The position numbers and the translations under genes were made by a program. Positions 16,717-28,987 of a DNA stretch of 64,000 nucleotides are shown here, one piece after another. The stretch lies in the NCBI RefSeq assembly GCF_009914755.1, contig NC_060936.1; one strand, 5' to 3'. The notes under the pieces were generated by a model. The model was not told where the DNA came from, ran no database searches, and saw only the letters and a list, made by a program, of their open reading frames with translations. Within the stretch, counting starts at the first letter, position 1; each line of letters begins with the position of its first letter. This DNA is from the human T2T-CHM13v2.0 reference genome, Homo sapiens.

Positions 16717-16831
16717 TGAAAGCGTGTAAATGTAAGGGGATACTAATGTAATTTAGCTACATGGATATATTGCATATGGTGAAGTCTTGGCTTTTTAGTG
16801 TATCTGTTGCTTGAATAATATGCATTGTGCC

Positions 16832-17203
16832 TGATATAGTTTGGTTGTGTCCCCACTCAAATCTCATCTTGAATTGTAACTCCCACAATTTCCACATGTC
16901 ATGGGAGGAACCTGGTGGGAGATGATTGAATTATGGGGGTAGGTCTTTCCTGCACTGTTCTTATGATAGTGAATAAGTCTCATGAGATCTGATGGTTTTT
17001 AAAAAGAGGAGTTCCCCTGCACAAGCTCTCTCTCTGCCTGCTGCCATCCATGTAAGACGTGACTTGCTCCTCCTTGCCTTCTGCCATGATTGTGAGGCCT
17101 CCCCAGCCATATGGAACTACAAGTCCATTAAACCTCTCTTTCTTTTGTTAATTGCCCAGTCTCAGGTATGTCTTTATCAGCAGTGTGAAAACGGACTCAT
17201 ACA
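16832..17203 (+). mobile_element. THE1-family MaLR solo LTR inserted in an L1MA-like fragment
   Basis: TGATATAGTTTGG...GGACTCATACA; TSD gtgcc at 16827-16831 and 17204-17208; L1 3' sequence continues on both sides. Confidence 0.93.
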
Positions 17204-17781
17204 GTGCCCATTAAGTAATTTCTCATCACCCACCCTCCTTCTGTGCTCCTCCATCTTTCTGAGTCTCCAATGTCTATCATTCCACATTCTCTGTCCATTG
17301 CATGCGTTATTCAGCTCCCTTTTATAAGAGCAATTTCTCACCCTTTCTGATACCAAGCAGTTCCACTCTGTTCCAGCCTGGGTTCAAGTTTGCACACTCC
17401 AAGCCCATCTTAGTGAATAAACCACAAGGGTTCCTCCAAGTGACAAACCCACTGTCCTTGGAGGAGAGTGCATATTTAGAATGCTTTCCAAAGGGTGGCT
17501 TTATCAACTTACATATTCTTCACTGGGTTACAGAGAAGATACCACAAAGGCGTTTTTGTGTCCCCTCTCCTTCAGGGGACATGTGGCCATGCCTGGAGAC
17601 AATTTTGATTATCACAACTGAGGGGGTGGTACTACTGGCATCTAGTGCAGTGGACAGCCCCCTCTAAGTGTCATCCTGTGTGACTGGAGCATAGCGGACA
17701 AGGGAGAGAAGTGAGAGGTGAAGTCTGAGAGGTGGGCAGGCCTAGCCTTATGGAACCTTTCAGTCTATAGTAAGGAGCTTA

Positions 17782-18120
<339 letters not shown>

Positions 18121-18195
18121 TAACAATCTATATGAGTCATCCTTCAAAATAGTGATTGTTAGTTGTGTTTAATTTTGTTTTTGTAAATGATTATT

Positions 18196-18617
18196 GCTGT
18201 GGTCTTAATGTTTGTCTCCTCCAAAACTCATGTTGAAACTTAATCCCCAGTGTGGCAGTATCAAGAGGTGGGGCCTTTAAGAGGTGATTGAGTCATGAGG
18301 GCTCATGAATGGATTAATCTGTTCATGGATTAATGGATTAATGGACTAATGGACTATCAAGGGACTGGGACTGGTGGCCTTATAAGAAGAGGAAGAGAGA
18401 ACTGAGCTGGCATCCAGCCCCCTCGTTGTGTGATGCCCTGGGCTACCTTGGAACTGATGGGACTCTGCAGAGAGTCCCCACCAGCAAGAAGGTCCTCACC
18501 AGATGCTGCCCCTCAACGTTGAACTTCTCACTTTCATAAATTTAAGAAATAAAATTTCTTTATACATCACCTAGTTTCAAGTATTCTGTTATAAGCAACA
18601 GAAAATGGAATAAGACA
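18196..18617 (+). mobile_element. MST/MLT1A-type MaLR solo LTR
   Basis: 'tgctgtggtcttaatgtttgtctcctccaaaactcatgttgaaacttaatcccc...gcaacagaaaatggaataagaca'. Confidence 0.88.
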
Positions 18618-18959
18618 GTCAGGTTTTTGTTAAATGATGGTAAATCTTTACTTATTTTGAATTTGGAGACATGTTTCTTGAAGGTCAGAATTTATGAATA
18701 TTTCAAAACCTGGAATGAGACTGAGGTCTGGATCTTGGTTTAGCCAGGTGACCCTGGGCAAGTTATTTAAAATCTCCATTGTCTTCCCCTGCTAGACTTG
18801 CAGCACTGCTTGAGGTTATGTCTCTAATTTTCTGATCATGAGATGGCTTTCAAGTTCTAAGTCAAGATGGGAAGCAAACACTATTCTTCCCTAAGAACAT
18901 GATTCTCAGGGGTGACAGTGATGCTCATGTTTAATGCCAATTTAAAAAATAAATGGGTC

Positions 18960-19251
18960 GGCTGGGCGCAGTGGCTCACGCCTGTAAACCCAGCACTTTG
19001 GGAGGCCAAGGTAGGTGGATCACAAGGTAAGGAGTTCGAGACCAGCCTGGCCAATATGGTGAAACCCCATCTCTACTAAAAATACAAAAAGTTAGCCAGG
19101 CGTGGTGGCGGGCACCTGTGGTCCCAGCTACTCAGGAGGCTGAGGCGGGAGAATTGCTTGAACCTGGGAGGCAGAGGTTTCAGTGAGCTGAAATTGCACC
19201 ACTGCACTCAAGCCCAGGCAACAGAGCAAGACTCAAAAAAAAAAAAAAAAA
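18960..19251 (+). mobile_element. AluS (Sg/Sc-like)
   Basis: 'ggatcacaaggt' 2-bp deletion form; A tail. Confidence 0.92.
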
Positions 19252-19758
19252 GGGTCACTATTTTGAATGGATGACAGGTATGTCCATCACTGCTGTTTTG
19301 GTGATTTATGTGATAAGTATCTCCTTAAATGCAGGATGTTGTCCCATCTGTAGTACACCAGATGATTTCTGATGGTACCTGCAACAATTTGGGGGCACAG
19401 CATTACATAATCTCATGAGTCACATAGAGAAATGTGGATCCTCTTTTCCATCTTTTTCAATCCTCCAGATGAGATCACGAAGAAAGTCTCAGTTGGGTGC
19501 TCGTGGAACTCTAACACTTGCTCCAATCCCTGTCTTTAGCAAACAGACAGCATCTTAGACTCAGAGCCTGGGAGGAGGTGAAAATATTTAACTAGAATTT
19601 TACATCATTTTGTTTCCATTGTTTTTACATTTTTTTCCTCTTCCTTTCTGCAAGTATTGGTTTTCCATTTATGGTAGTGATATGAAATTTTCCTTTACGA
19701 GAATTTTATTTGAGTACAGTAAATTAATCTAAGAAAACTAATAAATAATACAGTAGGT

Positions 19759-19968
19759 CAGGGCTCAGCCAACCTTTTCTGTAAAGGACTAGATAGTAAA
19801 TATTTTAGGGTTTGAGAGCCATATGGTTTCCGTTTCAACTATGCCACTATAATATGAAAGTAGCCATAGACAATATGTAACCAAGTGGGTGTGGCTGTGT
19901 TACAATAAAACTTTATTTACAGAAACAGGGTTTGGATTGGCCTATGGGCTGTTGTTTGGTATTCCATG
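19759..19968. mobile_element. MER58A hAT-Charlie MITE
   Basis: 'ttttctgtaaaggactagatagtaaatattttagg...tggctgtgttacaataaaactttatttac'. Confidence 0.85.
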
Positions 19969-19989
19969 TACTAGGTAATATCCTGGCAA

Positions 19990-20215
19990 TGTAGTTGGTA
20001 GTTAAGTGCTAGGCTCTGGAGTCAGCATGCCTGGGTTTGAATCTCAGCTTTGCCACTTACAGGGTGTGTATTCTTTACTCTCTTTGCCTCAGTTTCTTTA
20101 TTTGTAAAATGAAGATGATAATTCTAACTCATAGGATCTTCATTAGGATTATATACATTTGCTTAGAATAGTGCCTGATGTACAGTTAAATGCCATGTAA
20201 ATGTAGGTGGTCATT
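19990..20215 (+). mobile_element. MIR
   Basis: 'ggctctggagtcag...cctgggtttgaatctcagct...gcctcagtttctttatttgtaaaatg'. Confidence 0.85.
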
Positions 20216-21095
20216 AATGTTATTTTTATATGCAGACATGACAAAAAATGCCAAAGAGGCTTATGATTGCCTGAATATTAGGAAACACTGAATTTAGTAG
20301 AAAATATAATGATGTTTGTTATTGCTCCTAACTATCTCCTACCCCTTTTAGTGATTCCCTGGGGTACTGTCATCTTTGGCGAGTTGGGGAGGGAGGGGAG
20401 TAAATGTAAGGAGGACAGAGCTCCATCTACTTGCTGAACACTGGAAAAGTAAGGCCCATGAGGGAATGGATTTTATAGACCTGGCTCTGAGTGCATAAGT
20501 TGACTTCTTCTTCTTCTTCCTGTATGACTTGACTTTCTTTGGCAGTAACAAGGGAAAATATCAGGTGCAGCAGGTGCCACTAATGTTAGTAACCCATGTC
20601 AACTTACAAAATCTGCCAGAAGAATGAGCTCTGCCATCCTAGGTTGTTATGTCCCAGGTAGAACACTGTAGGTAATATGGATTCACAAACATTTAATAAA
20701 AAAAAATCAGTGTCTTAAACATGATATAAGCTTATTTCTCTCTAATATAGCAATCTGGGTAAATAGTTAAGGGCCAGTAGAGTGACTCTACAATGGCCAA
20801 GCTCTTTCTATCTTGTTGCTTAGCACTTGAAACATTTGACTTTCACCTGATGGTCCAAGATGGCTGTTTTAGCTCCTGCCATCACATGTGCATTCCAGCC
20901 AATGGGAAGGAGGAAGACTAAATGGAGACCACCCACTTTCCTTTAAAAACAGGACCCAGAAATCACACATATCACTTCTACTCACATTTTATTGGCCAGA
21001 ATTCAGTCACATGGCCACATCTAGCTACATGGAGGGCTAACAATGCAATGTCTGGCTAGGTGAACTTGTGCCCACCCAAACATTTTATATAGAAC

Positions 21096-21303
21096 AGTGT
21101 TTCTCAACTTGAGGCAAAATTACCCTCCTAGTAAACATTTAAAAATATGCAGGGGCATTTTTGGTCTTCATGATGGCTAGGGAACATTCTTGGAATTTGA
21201 TGGGTGGGGCCAGGTGTGCTAAACTTCCTAAACTATGTGAGATACTCCCTTGTAATGAAGAATTGTGCCATCCAGGATACCAACAGTGCCTCTGTTGAGA
21301 AAG
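21096..21303. mobile_element. MER5-type hAT MITE
   Basis: Terminal inverted repeats cagtgtttctcaac / gttgagaaagatg. Confidence 0.75.
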
Positions 21304-21734
21304 ATGGCTATGGAAAAAGTAGAAAACAGAGGTTGGGAGATAATTTGCCATCTGCCACACTTAGTTTATCTACAGTGATCACAACTGTCCCAGAGGGCAA
21401 CGCCTGGGACATTCTTGAGTGTAGGCTTGAGATAGACCTCAATTTGCCATATGATCACATTCTCTGAGGTATACTCAGCCCTTTCACACACTCTACTCTA
21501 GACTTTCTCCCATAAAGACCCCCAAAATACCCACTAGCTCAGGCACCCTACCCCAGTTACTATATTTTAAAAATCTGTATAGAGCTTACTGCCATTGACA
21601 TGTGGAGGAGGGGCCCCCATCTGCAGGGCAACTGGAAGTAATGCCTATGGGGCTCAGCCTCCATCAGACTGTCCACCCCACTTTGTTGAACCCTGAATGT
21701 AAATCCCTTCTAGCCCCCTCCTCCTCCTATTCCC

Positions 21735-22334
21735 ATCCTGTATCTCCTCAACTCACTCCTTCATTACATTTTATTCCTATTAGCATAATATGCAGAGTAT
21801 TTCCAAACATATATAACCGTTCATAATAACATCTTTATAATCCTCCAAACCAATATACTGTATATGTTTACTGCTTATGTGAACATATTTCTCCTTTCTG
21901 ATACAACAGATTTCCCTTCAGCATAATCCTCCCCAATGTGCTTCTCATTTAAATATATACTTTATGCTTTTCCTATGGGCAATGCCAAACATGTGCAAAA
22001 GTAGACAAAATAGTATGAGTCTGTGAGTACCTATCACCCAGCTTCAACAGTGATGAACTCATGACCATTGTTTTTTAATTTTTTCTCCTTCCTACCTCCT
22101 CCCAGACATGAATAGGTATTTTGTGAGGAGGACTGGGGAGGATCATGCTGAAGGGAAATGTGTTGTATTAGAAGGGAGAAATACGTTCAGATAAGCAATA
22201 AACATACACAATGTATTGGCTTGGAGGATTATAAAGATGTAATGATGGATGGTTATATATGTTTGAAAATACTCTGCATATTATGCTAACAGGAATAAAA
22301 TGCAATGAAGGAGTGAATTGAGGAGACACAGGAT
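21735..22334. repeat. Long inverted repeat: 201-bp arms (21735-21935 and 22134-22334), 198-bp spacer
   Basis: Manual alignment of arm 1 with the reverse complement of arm 2: gapless, about 20 mismatches in 201. The track also shows near-identical peptides on opposite strands (PVSPQLTPSLHFIP.. and PVSPQFTPSLHFIP..). Confidence 0.95.
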
Positions 22335-22634
22335 TGAATGCTGAATAAATCAACTTTTCCTGTAGTTCCCATAGCCAGGCCCCTTTCCATATTATGTTAC
22401 CTTTTCCATTTTCCTCTCTGCTCCACCATGTCTTGCATTGTATCACACAACCCATCATCAACAGCAAGAGCAGTGATAAAGAGAGCCCGAAGGCAGAAGC
22501 TTCTGGGGACCCCTTTCCAGCAGCCCCACCTGGTTCTTTTACATCCTTTGAATTCTTGTTATCTCATGATAAGGATGGTGTCTGCCAGTTGGTACCATAA
22601 TATTTCCTGGGCAGATCTAGTTGGTGTTGGCTTC

Positions 22635-23047
22635 TGCTACAGTTTGGATGTGTGTCCCCTACAAATCTTATGTTGGAATCTGATCCCCAACATTGGAGGC
22701 GGGGCCTAATAGGAAGTGTTTGGGTCACGGGTCTGGACCTCTCATGAATAGATTAATACCCTCCCTGGGGCAGGGGAGTAAGTGAGTTCCCTCTTAGTTC
22801 CCATGAAAGCTGATTTTTGAAAAAGATCCTGGCATCTCCCCTCTCACCCTTTCTTGCTTCCTCTCTCACCACCTGCTTTCTGCACACGCCAGCTCCCCTT
22901 TGCCTTCTACCATGAGTGGAAACAGCCTGAGGCTTTCACCAGATGCCCATTCTTCCAGCCAACAGAATCATGAGCCAAATAGCCCTTTTTCTTTATAAAT
23001 TACCCAGCCTCAGGTATTCCTGTCTAGCAACACAAATGGACTAAGAA
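22635..23047 (+). mobile_element. MSTB-like MaLR solo LTR
   Basis: 'tgctacagtttggatgtgtgtccc...aattacccagcctcaggtattcc...gcaacacaaatggactaaga'. Confidence 0.88.
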
Positions 23048-23985
23048 GATAGCTACTTGGCACCAGGTGTGTTACTTACGCATATCTTATCCCAATGGCC
23101 ATATCCACACCTTAATTAGATAACCACCCGAGTTAATGAAATCCTATGTAGTAAATGAGATGAATACTCCTATCTCTAATCAACCCTTAATCTAGTTATT
23201 TGCCAAAATGTGTTCTATGGAACACTGGTTTCTACAGGGATCTTGAAAATTAATTCGAAAAGTGTTTTATGGTCAACAGGGTGGTTTTCTGCAGGACTTC
23301 TCAGAGCCTTTAATATGTTAATGATGTTGTGAGGCTCCCAGAAGGGGTTAACAAACGCAGAATTGCCCCCACTTTATTTCAGCCCTTTATTTTTTATACC
23401 ATCTCTCACAGGACCACTGTTTTGGAGAAAGGTCTCTAGAAATGCTCCCTCAATCATCTCTTCAAGTATCCTGAGATAGAGAAGGCAGAATGCCCTATAT
23501 GAGATGAGGAAACCCGAGATGATAGAGAAACTGCAATCTATCATCAGTGGAATAGGAGGAGACTATGGCCGAGGTCTGCAGGTTTTTCCCTTTCCTGGGT
23601 GCCCAGGACAGCTCCCATTGATTGGCACTTTCTTCCTAAGCATTAACAGGTCATTGGTTTTAGGGAGATCAGATGGTAAGTGATCATAGCCTATGTGACA
23701 GATCTTGTTCAACCCCTCCCCTCCTTTATTTCATAGTTGTGTGTATTTGGGCAATTGCCTCAATCCCTCTGAGCCTCTGTCTTCTTTTGGGGTCTCCTGA
23801 GAAACTGACTCCAAGGCCAGTGGTTTACGGGTGTATCATTATGCTGGCCTCAAGAGCAGGCAAGGGACTGGTAAGTAGAAGGTGACCTCCTAAGCGGGAC
23901 TGGGGGCTGTGTTTACACTCTGGTACTTCCTGTTCTGTTTGCACAGCCAGAGAGGCTTTTATGATTCTATAAAAAGCCCCACAAA

Positions 23986-24338
23986 GGAATCCTATGCAGC
24001 CATAAAAAGGAACGAGATCATGTCCTTTGCAGGCTATGGATGGAGCTGGACGCTGTTATCCTTAGCAACTAACACAGGAACGGAAAACCAAACACTGCAT
24101 ATTTTCACTTATAAGTGGGAGCTGAACAATGAGAGCACATGGATACATGAAGGGATGGGGGTAACACTGGGGCCTGTCGGGGGAGAGGTGACGGGAGGAA
24201 GAGCATCAGGAAGAATAGCTAATGGATCCTGGGTTTAATACCCAGGTGATGGGATGATCTGTGCAGCAAACCACCATGGCACATTTACCTATGTAACAAA
24301 CCTGCACATGTACCCTGGAACTTGAAATGAAAGTTGAA
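23986..24338 (+). mobile_element. 5'-truncated older L1PA 3' end
   Basis: 'tatgcagccataaaaaggaacgagatcatgtcctttgcagg...gtaacaaacctgcacatgtaccc'. Confidence 0.9.
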
Positions 24339-24723
24339 GGGAGCCCCCCTCCCCCCACAAAGATGCAGATATTGGTAGCTGGAAATGGCTGAAAGACACC
24401 AAAGGGCTGAGTCCTGATCATCTGCTCCAGCTCCCAAACCTGATCTGTACACATCAGACTGACACCTTTATCACAGGGGTAGGTGAGGATGAGACCCCAA
24501 AGTGTTCCGCATGACGTCTGGTAACAAAGGTGACATCTACCTGTTGGTGGGTGCTAAGTCATGTGCCAGGCACACAGTTGAATCCTCACAACAGCTCAAG
24601 CAGCTCTGGGCAGTTATCTCCATGTACAAATGAGAATATGGAAGCTCAGAGAGGGTAGGTAACTCATCAAGGGTCATACAGCTGGGAAATAGTGGAGCCG
24701 GGGTTCAAAGCAGGGCTCTGGCT

Positions 24724-25105
<382 letters not shown>

Positions 25106-26071
25106 CTAATAACTAGGGGCTTATTAATGATCCCTCCTTTCACCCTCTCTTTTCCCCATCTTTTCATCTCTCCTTTCCCTGTCTTCTCCTCTACACTCTC
25201 TTCTCTTTTTTCTTTCTTCTCAGGATAGTTACCCTGGGCCATTCGATGTCCAGTAAATATTTTTTGAATTGAATAGCATCTCAGTTTGGAGCAATAGATG
25301 CTTAGTTCACAAAATTTGATTGAATCAACTGTCAGAAAAATCTGAGTGCATGGAAGTTCTGCAGAGGTAGGGGATTGTGGCCACGGAATTTAATACCCTT
25401 TGCAAATCTCAATAACTTCCTGAAATTCTCTAGGGGGCATGGAGTGGAGGAGTGTGAAGAATGATGAACATGACAAGTGAGAATCCTTTAGTCTCTGACG
25501 TCTCTTCCTCAACGCTCTAGATTTTTCTCTCCTTTCTTTGCCAGCTCCCTTCTCCTTCAGCATTTTCCCTCCTCCCCACTCCCCAGCATAGAAGGTGGGA
25601 AAAATAACTGCAGTGGAAATGCAGTCATTCTTAATAGGACATTTGTGTGTCTGGGGCATGGAAAATGGTTGGGTCACATTGAACAGCCAAATATTAAGAA
25701 GCTTGGTTAAGAAACTGGACATAGCTGAATTAGGGTGTGTTTCTGTTTTCTGTGCTTTTAGAATTATGTGGCCATAAATCTCCTAATCAGACATGATAAA
25801 CATCTGATTGCAGCCATACGCTAGCATTTGCATCGCAGAAAGCAAATTTTGAAAAGGTCATCATTTAACTTCTGCTGCTTGCAGTCAGCCTGCTCCTTGG
25901 CTCTATTAAATTCAAAGCTATACAGTAAAATATTGCTTGTTTGCTAATTTTGCTCCATTGAGCCTATCTCAGGATCCTAGCTATTGCTTGGTATGGCATG
26001 CTTTAAGTGACCTGGATCAGAGACAGTGTTAAATGTGGTCAGATGTGAAGATTGGAATCTTTCTAAAATTG

Positions 26072-26382
26072 CATTTATTTATTTACTTATTCAAGACAGA
26101 GTTTTGATCTGTCACCAGCTCTGTCAGGCTGGAGTGCAGTGGTGCATTCTTGGCTCACTGCAACCTCCGCCTCCCAGGTTCAAGTGATTCTTGTGCCTCA
26201 GCCTCTTGAGTAGCTGGGATCACAGATGCACGCCACCACACCTGGCTAATTTTTGTATTTTTAGTAGAGACAGGGTTTCATCATGTTGGTCAGGTTGGTC
26301 TCAAACTCCTGACCTCCAAGTGATCCGTCCACCTCGGCCTCCCAAAGTGCTGGGATTACAGGCATGAGCCACCGTGCCCAGC
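26072..26382 (-). mobile_element. AluS
   Basis: Dimeric Alu; TSD tgaagRttggaatctt. Confidence 0.93.
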
Positions 26383-27036
26383 TGAAGGTTGGAATCTTAA
26401 TCTCAGAGAAGTGCTAGAAATTGTAGAGATTTGTAACTATCTTGTTAGGAAAGAGGTAGGTGGACCTTCTATAGATTGAGATGTGGTAGAAGTGTAGCTT
26501 CTTTCCTTCCTTCATTCAATCAGGATTTAGTGAGCACATAACAGGATCAAGGCTCTTCTAAGCATTCTATATTAATTATTGACTCAGTTAATCTTTGCAA
26601 TGACCCTACACTGTGGGTTATATTATTTCTATTTTTCAGGTGAGGCACAGAGAGGTTAAGTGACTTACCCAGAGTTACACAGCTAGTTAAGTGATGGAGC
26701 TGGGATCTTAAGCTCAGGGTGTTTGACTCCTGAGTGCAGGCTATTCCTGCAGCTTGCTAAATGCTGGAGATGTAGCAAAGAACAAGACAGCATTGTTCTC
26801 AAGGATCTCACCTTCTTTGTAAAAAACAAACATAGCATTTAAAATCCCTGCATATGTAATTCCGGCAACTACCATTTATTTCATGCCTACTGTGTGCCTG
26901 AGGCTAAACTGCATGTTTACTATTTTTTCCAATTTTTTCAAGAACTCTCTGAGGTAGGAAGTTTTATCCCCATTCAGCAGGTGAGGAAACTAAAGTGTAG
27001 AGAGGTTAATTTAAATTGTGCAAAGTCATACATTAA

Positions 27037-27225
27037 TAGGGGTGCCAGATTTAGCAAATAAAAATTCAGGATACCCAGCTAGATTTGAGTTTTCTATAAC
27101 AAATACATTTTTAGTTTAAGTATATCCCATGAAATCTTTGGAGACACACTTACACTAAAAAATTATTTGTTGTCTAACTGAAATTAAATTTAACTGGACA
27201 TCCTGTATTTTATCTGGCAATTCTA
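27037..27225. mobile_element. MER53-like palindromic hAT MITE within a MIR
   Basis: Ends tagggg-tgccagat and atctggca-attcta; internal 'aaaattcagga' and 'tcctgtatttt'; imperfect 8-bp TSD tacattaa/tacaatca. Confidence 0.82.
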
Positions 27226-27537
27226 TACAATCAGTATGTGGCAGTGTTGGGATTCAACCTTGGGTCTTCCTAATTCTAAATTTTTCAGTTGGCCAGTTGC
27301 AATCAGAGTCAAAATGGGTGCCTCAGAGTCACTTCTGACCTTGAGTTACACTAGCTGCTTTTGCCCACAATTTGTCTGTAAATGTTGTTAAGGCAGATGA
27401 TAGTAAATAATAATAATAATAATCCACTCAACCAGTATTCATTAAGTACCAGGCACTCTTCTAAGACTTTCGATTGTTTAATTTAATCCTCACATCAATT
27501 CCATAAGGTGTGTTCTATTATCATTCCCATTTTCTAG

Positions 27538-27748
27538 CAGTGTTTTTCAAATGGGAGTGGTTTCTCCCCCAGGGTAAGGCAAGGTCTGGAGATACTTTTT
27601 GGTTGTCTCAAATATGGGTGCTACTGGCGTCTAGTGAGTAGAGGTCAGGGGTGCTGCTCAATGTACTACAATGCACGGGACAGCACCCCTCCCCTCCAAG
27701 AATTATCTGGCCCAAAATGTCAATAGCTCTAAAGGTTGAGAAACCCTG
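27538..27748. mobile_element. MER20 hAT-Charlie MITE within a MIR
   Basis: 'gctactggcgtctagtgagtagaggtcaggggtgctgct...aagaattatctggcccaaaatgtcaatag...gttgagaaaccctg'. Confidence 0.9.
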
Positions 27749-28462
27749 TGCTAGAGTAACTAAAGGCAAGAGAGGTTTGGTAACTTGCCCGAACTCACAC
27801 TGGTAGTCAGTGGCCAAGGTGAGATTTGAATCTAGGCAGCCTGGCTCCCGAATCTGTGCATTTAACCACCATCACGCTGTACCCAGTTTGCCTATGAGGA
27901 TGAAGAGGTCTGGAAGCTTGGATTACCCACCTGTGATCCCACAGCCAGTGGGTAGCGAGGATAGAACCATGACTCATGTGTCTTGTTTCCTAATTCATTA
28001 CTTCCATCCCTCCCTGCATCCTATTATCCTAATTTCCTAACCAGTAACTCCCAGCTGCTGATGCAGAAGTCAAATCAAGATTAGGTAAATGCTAAGCTAG
28101 AGTTAAGCATGTGTGTGTTCGTGTTGCATTTCAATAGAATTTAAAGTATTTTGTTCATCCATTCATTCAGCCAACATTTCTGTGTGCCCACCCCTGCTCT
28201 GGAAGTGGAGAAATAAAGAGAAGACATAGTTTCTGCTACATGGGGCTTAAAATCCAGCCTCACTTTCATCTCAGTGTAAAATTCTATGATTCTAGGCTGT
28301 TTGCCTTCATGTTCGTGTCAGCCTGGGTTTCCCCAGAAGCACACTCTGTGATAAGAATTTGGGTACAAATGGTTTATTTGGCAGGTGATCTCAGAAAACA
28401 GGTCAGGGAGTTGGGAGGTGAGACAGGGAGGGGAAGAAAGTCAACAGATAATGTTTTGCAAA

Positions 28463-28987
28463 AATAGAACTAATATTTGATCCAGCAATCCCACTAATGG
28501 GTTTCAACCCAAAGGAAAAGAAATCATTAAAGAAAAAAGATACCTACACTTGTATGTTTATCACAGCACTATTCACAAAAGCTAAGTGTCCATCAACAGA
28601 TGAATGGATAAAGAAAATGTAGTATATATACCATGGAATACTACTCAGCCATAAAAAGAATGAAAGCATGTCTTCTGCAGCAATGTGGATGGAACTGGAG
28701 GCCATTATCTTAAGTGAAATCACTCAGAAACAGAAAGTCAAATACTGCATGTTCTCACTTTTAAGTGGGAGCTAAATAATGTGCACACATGGGCGTAGAG
28801 AGTGGAATAATAAACACTGGAGACTTGGAAGGGTGGGAGTGTGGAAGGGAGCTGAAGTATAAGAGATTACCTAATGGTACAATGTACACTATTTGGATGA
28901 TGGTTACACTAGAAGCCCAGACTTCATTAGGAAATATATCCATGTAACAAAACTGCATGTGTACCTTCTAAATCTATAAATAAAATG
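28463..28987 (+). mobile_element. L1MA-like 3' fragment inserted in an MLT1-type LTR (about 28315-29285)
   Basis: 'tttgatccagcaatcccacta...ggaactggaggccattatcttaagtgaaat...ataaataaaa'. Confidence 0.85.

Noticed and set aside
18305-18360. Repeated tggattaa/tggactaa units resembling a regulatory or CRISPR-like array
   Set aside because: As I recall, this is a normal internal feature of this MST/MLT1A LTR type, and there are no unique spacers.
27037-27225. Hairpin as a candidate miRNA gene
   Set aside because: It is explained by the palindromic MER53-like MITE, and sequence alone gives no evidence of processing.
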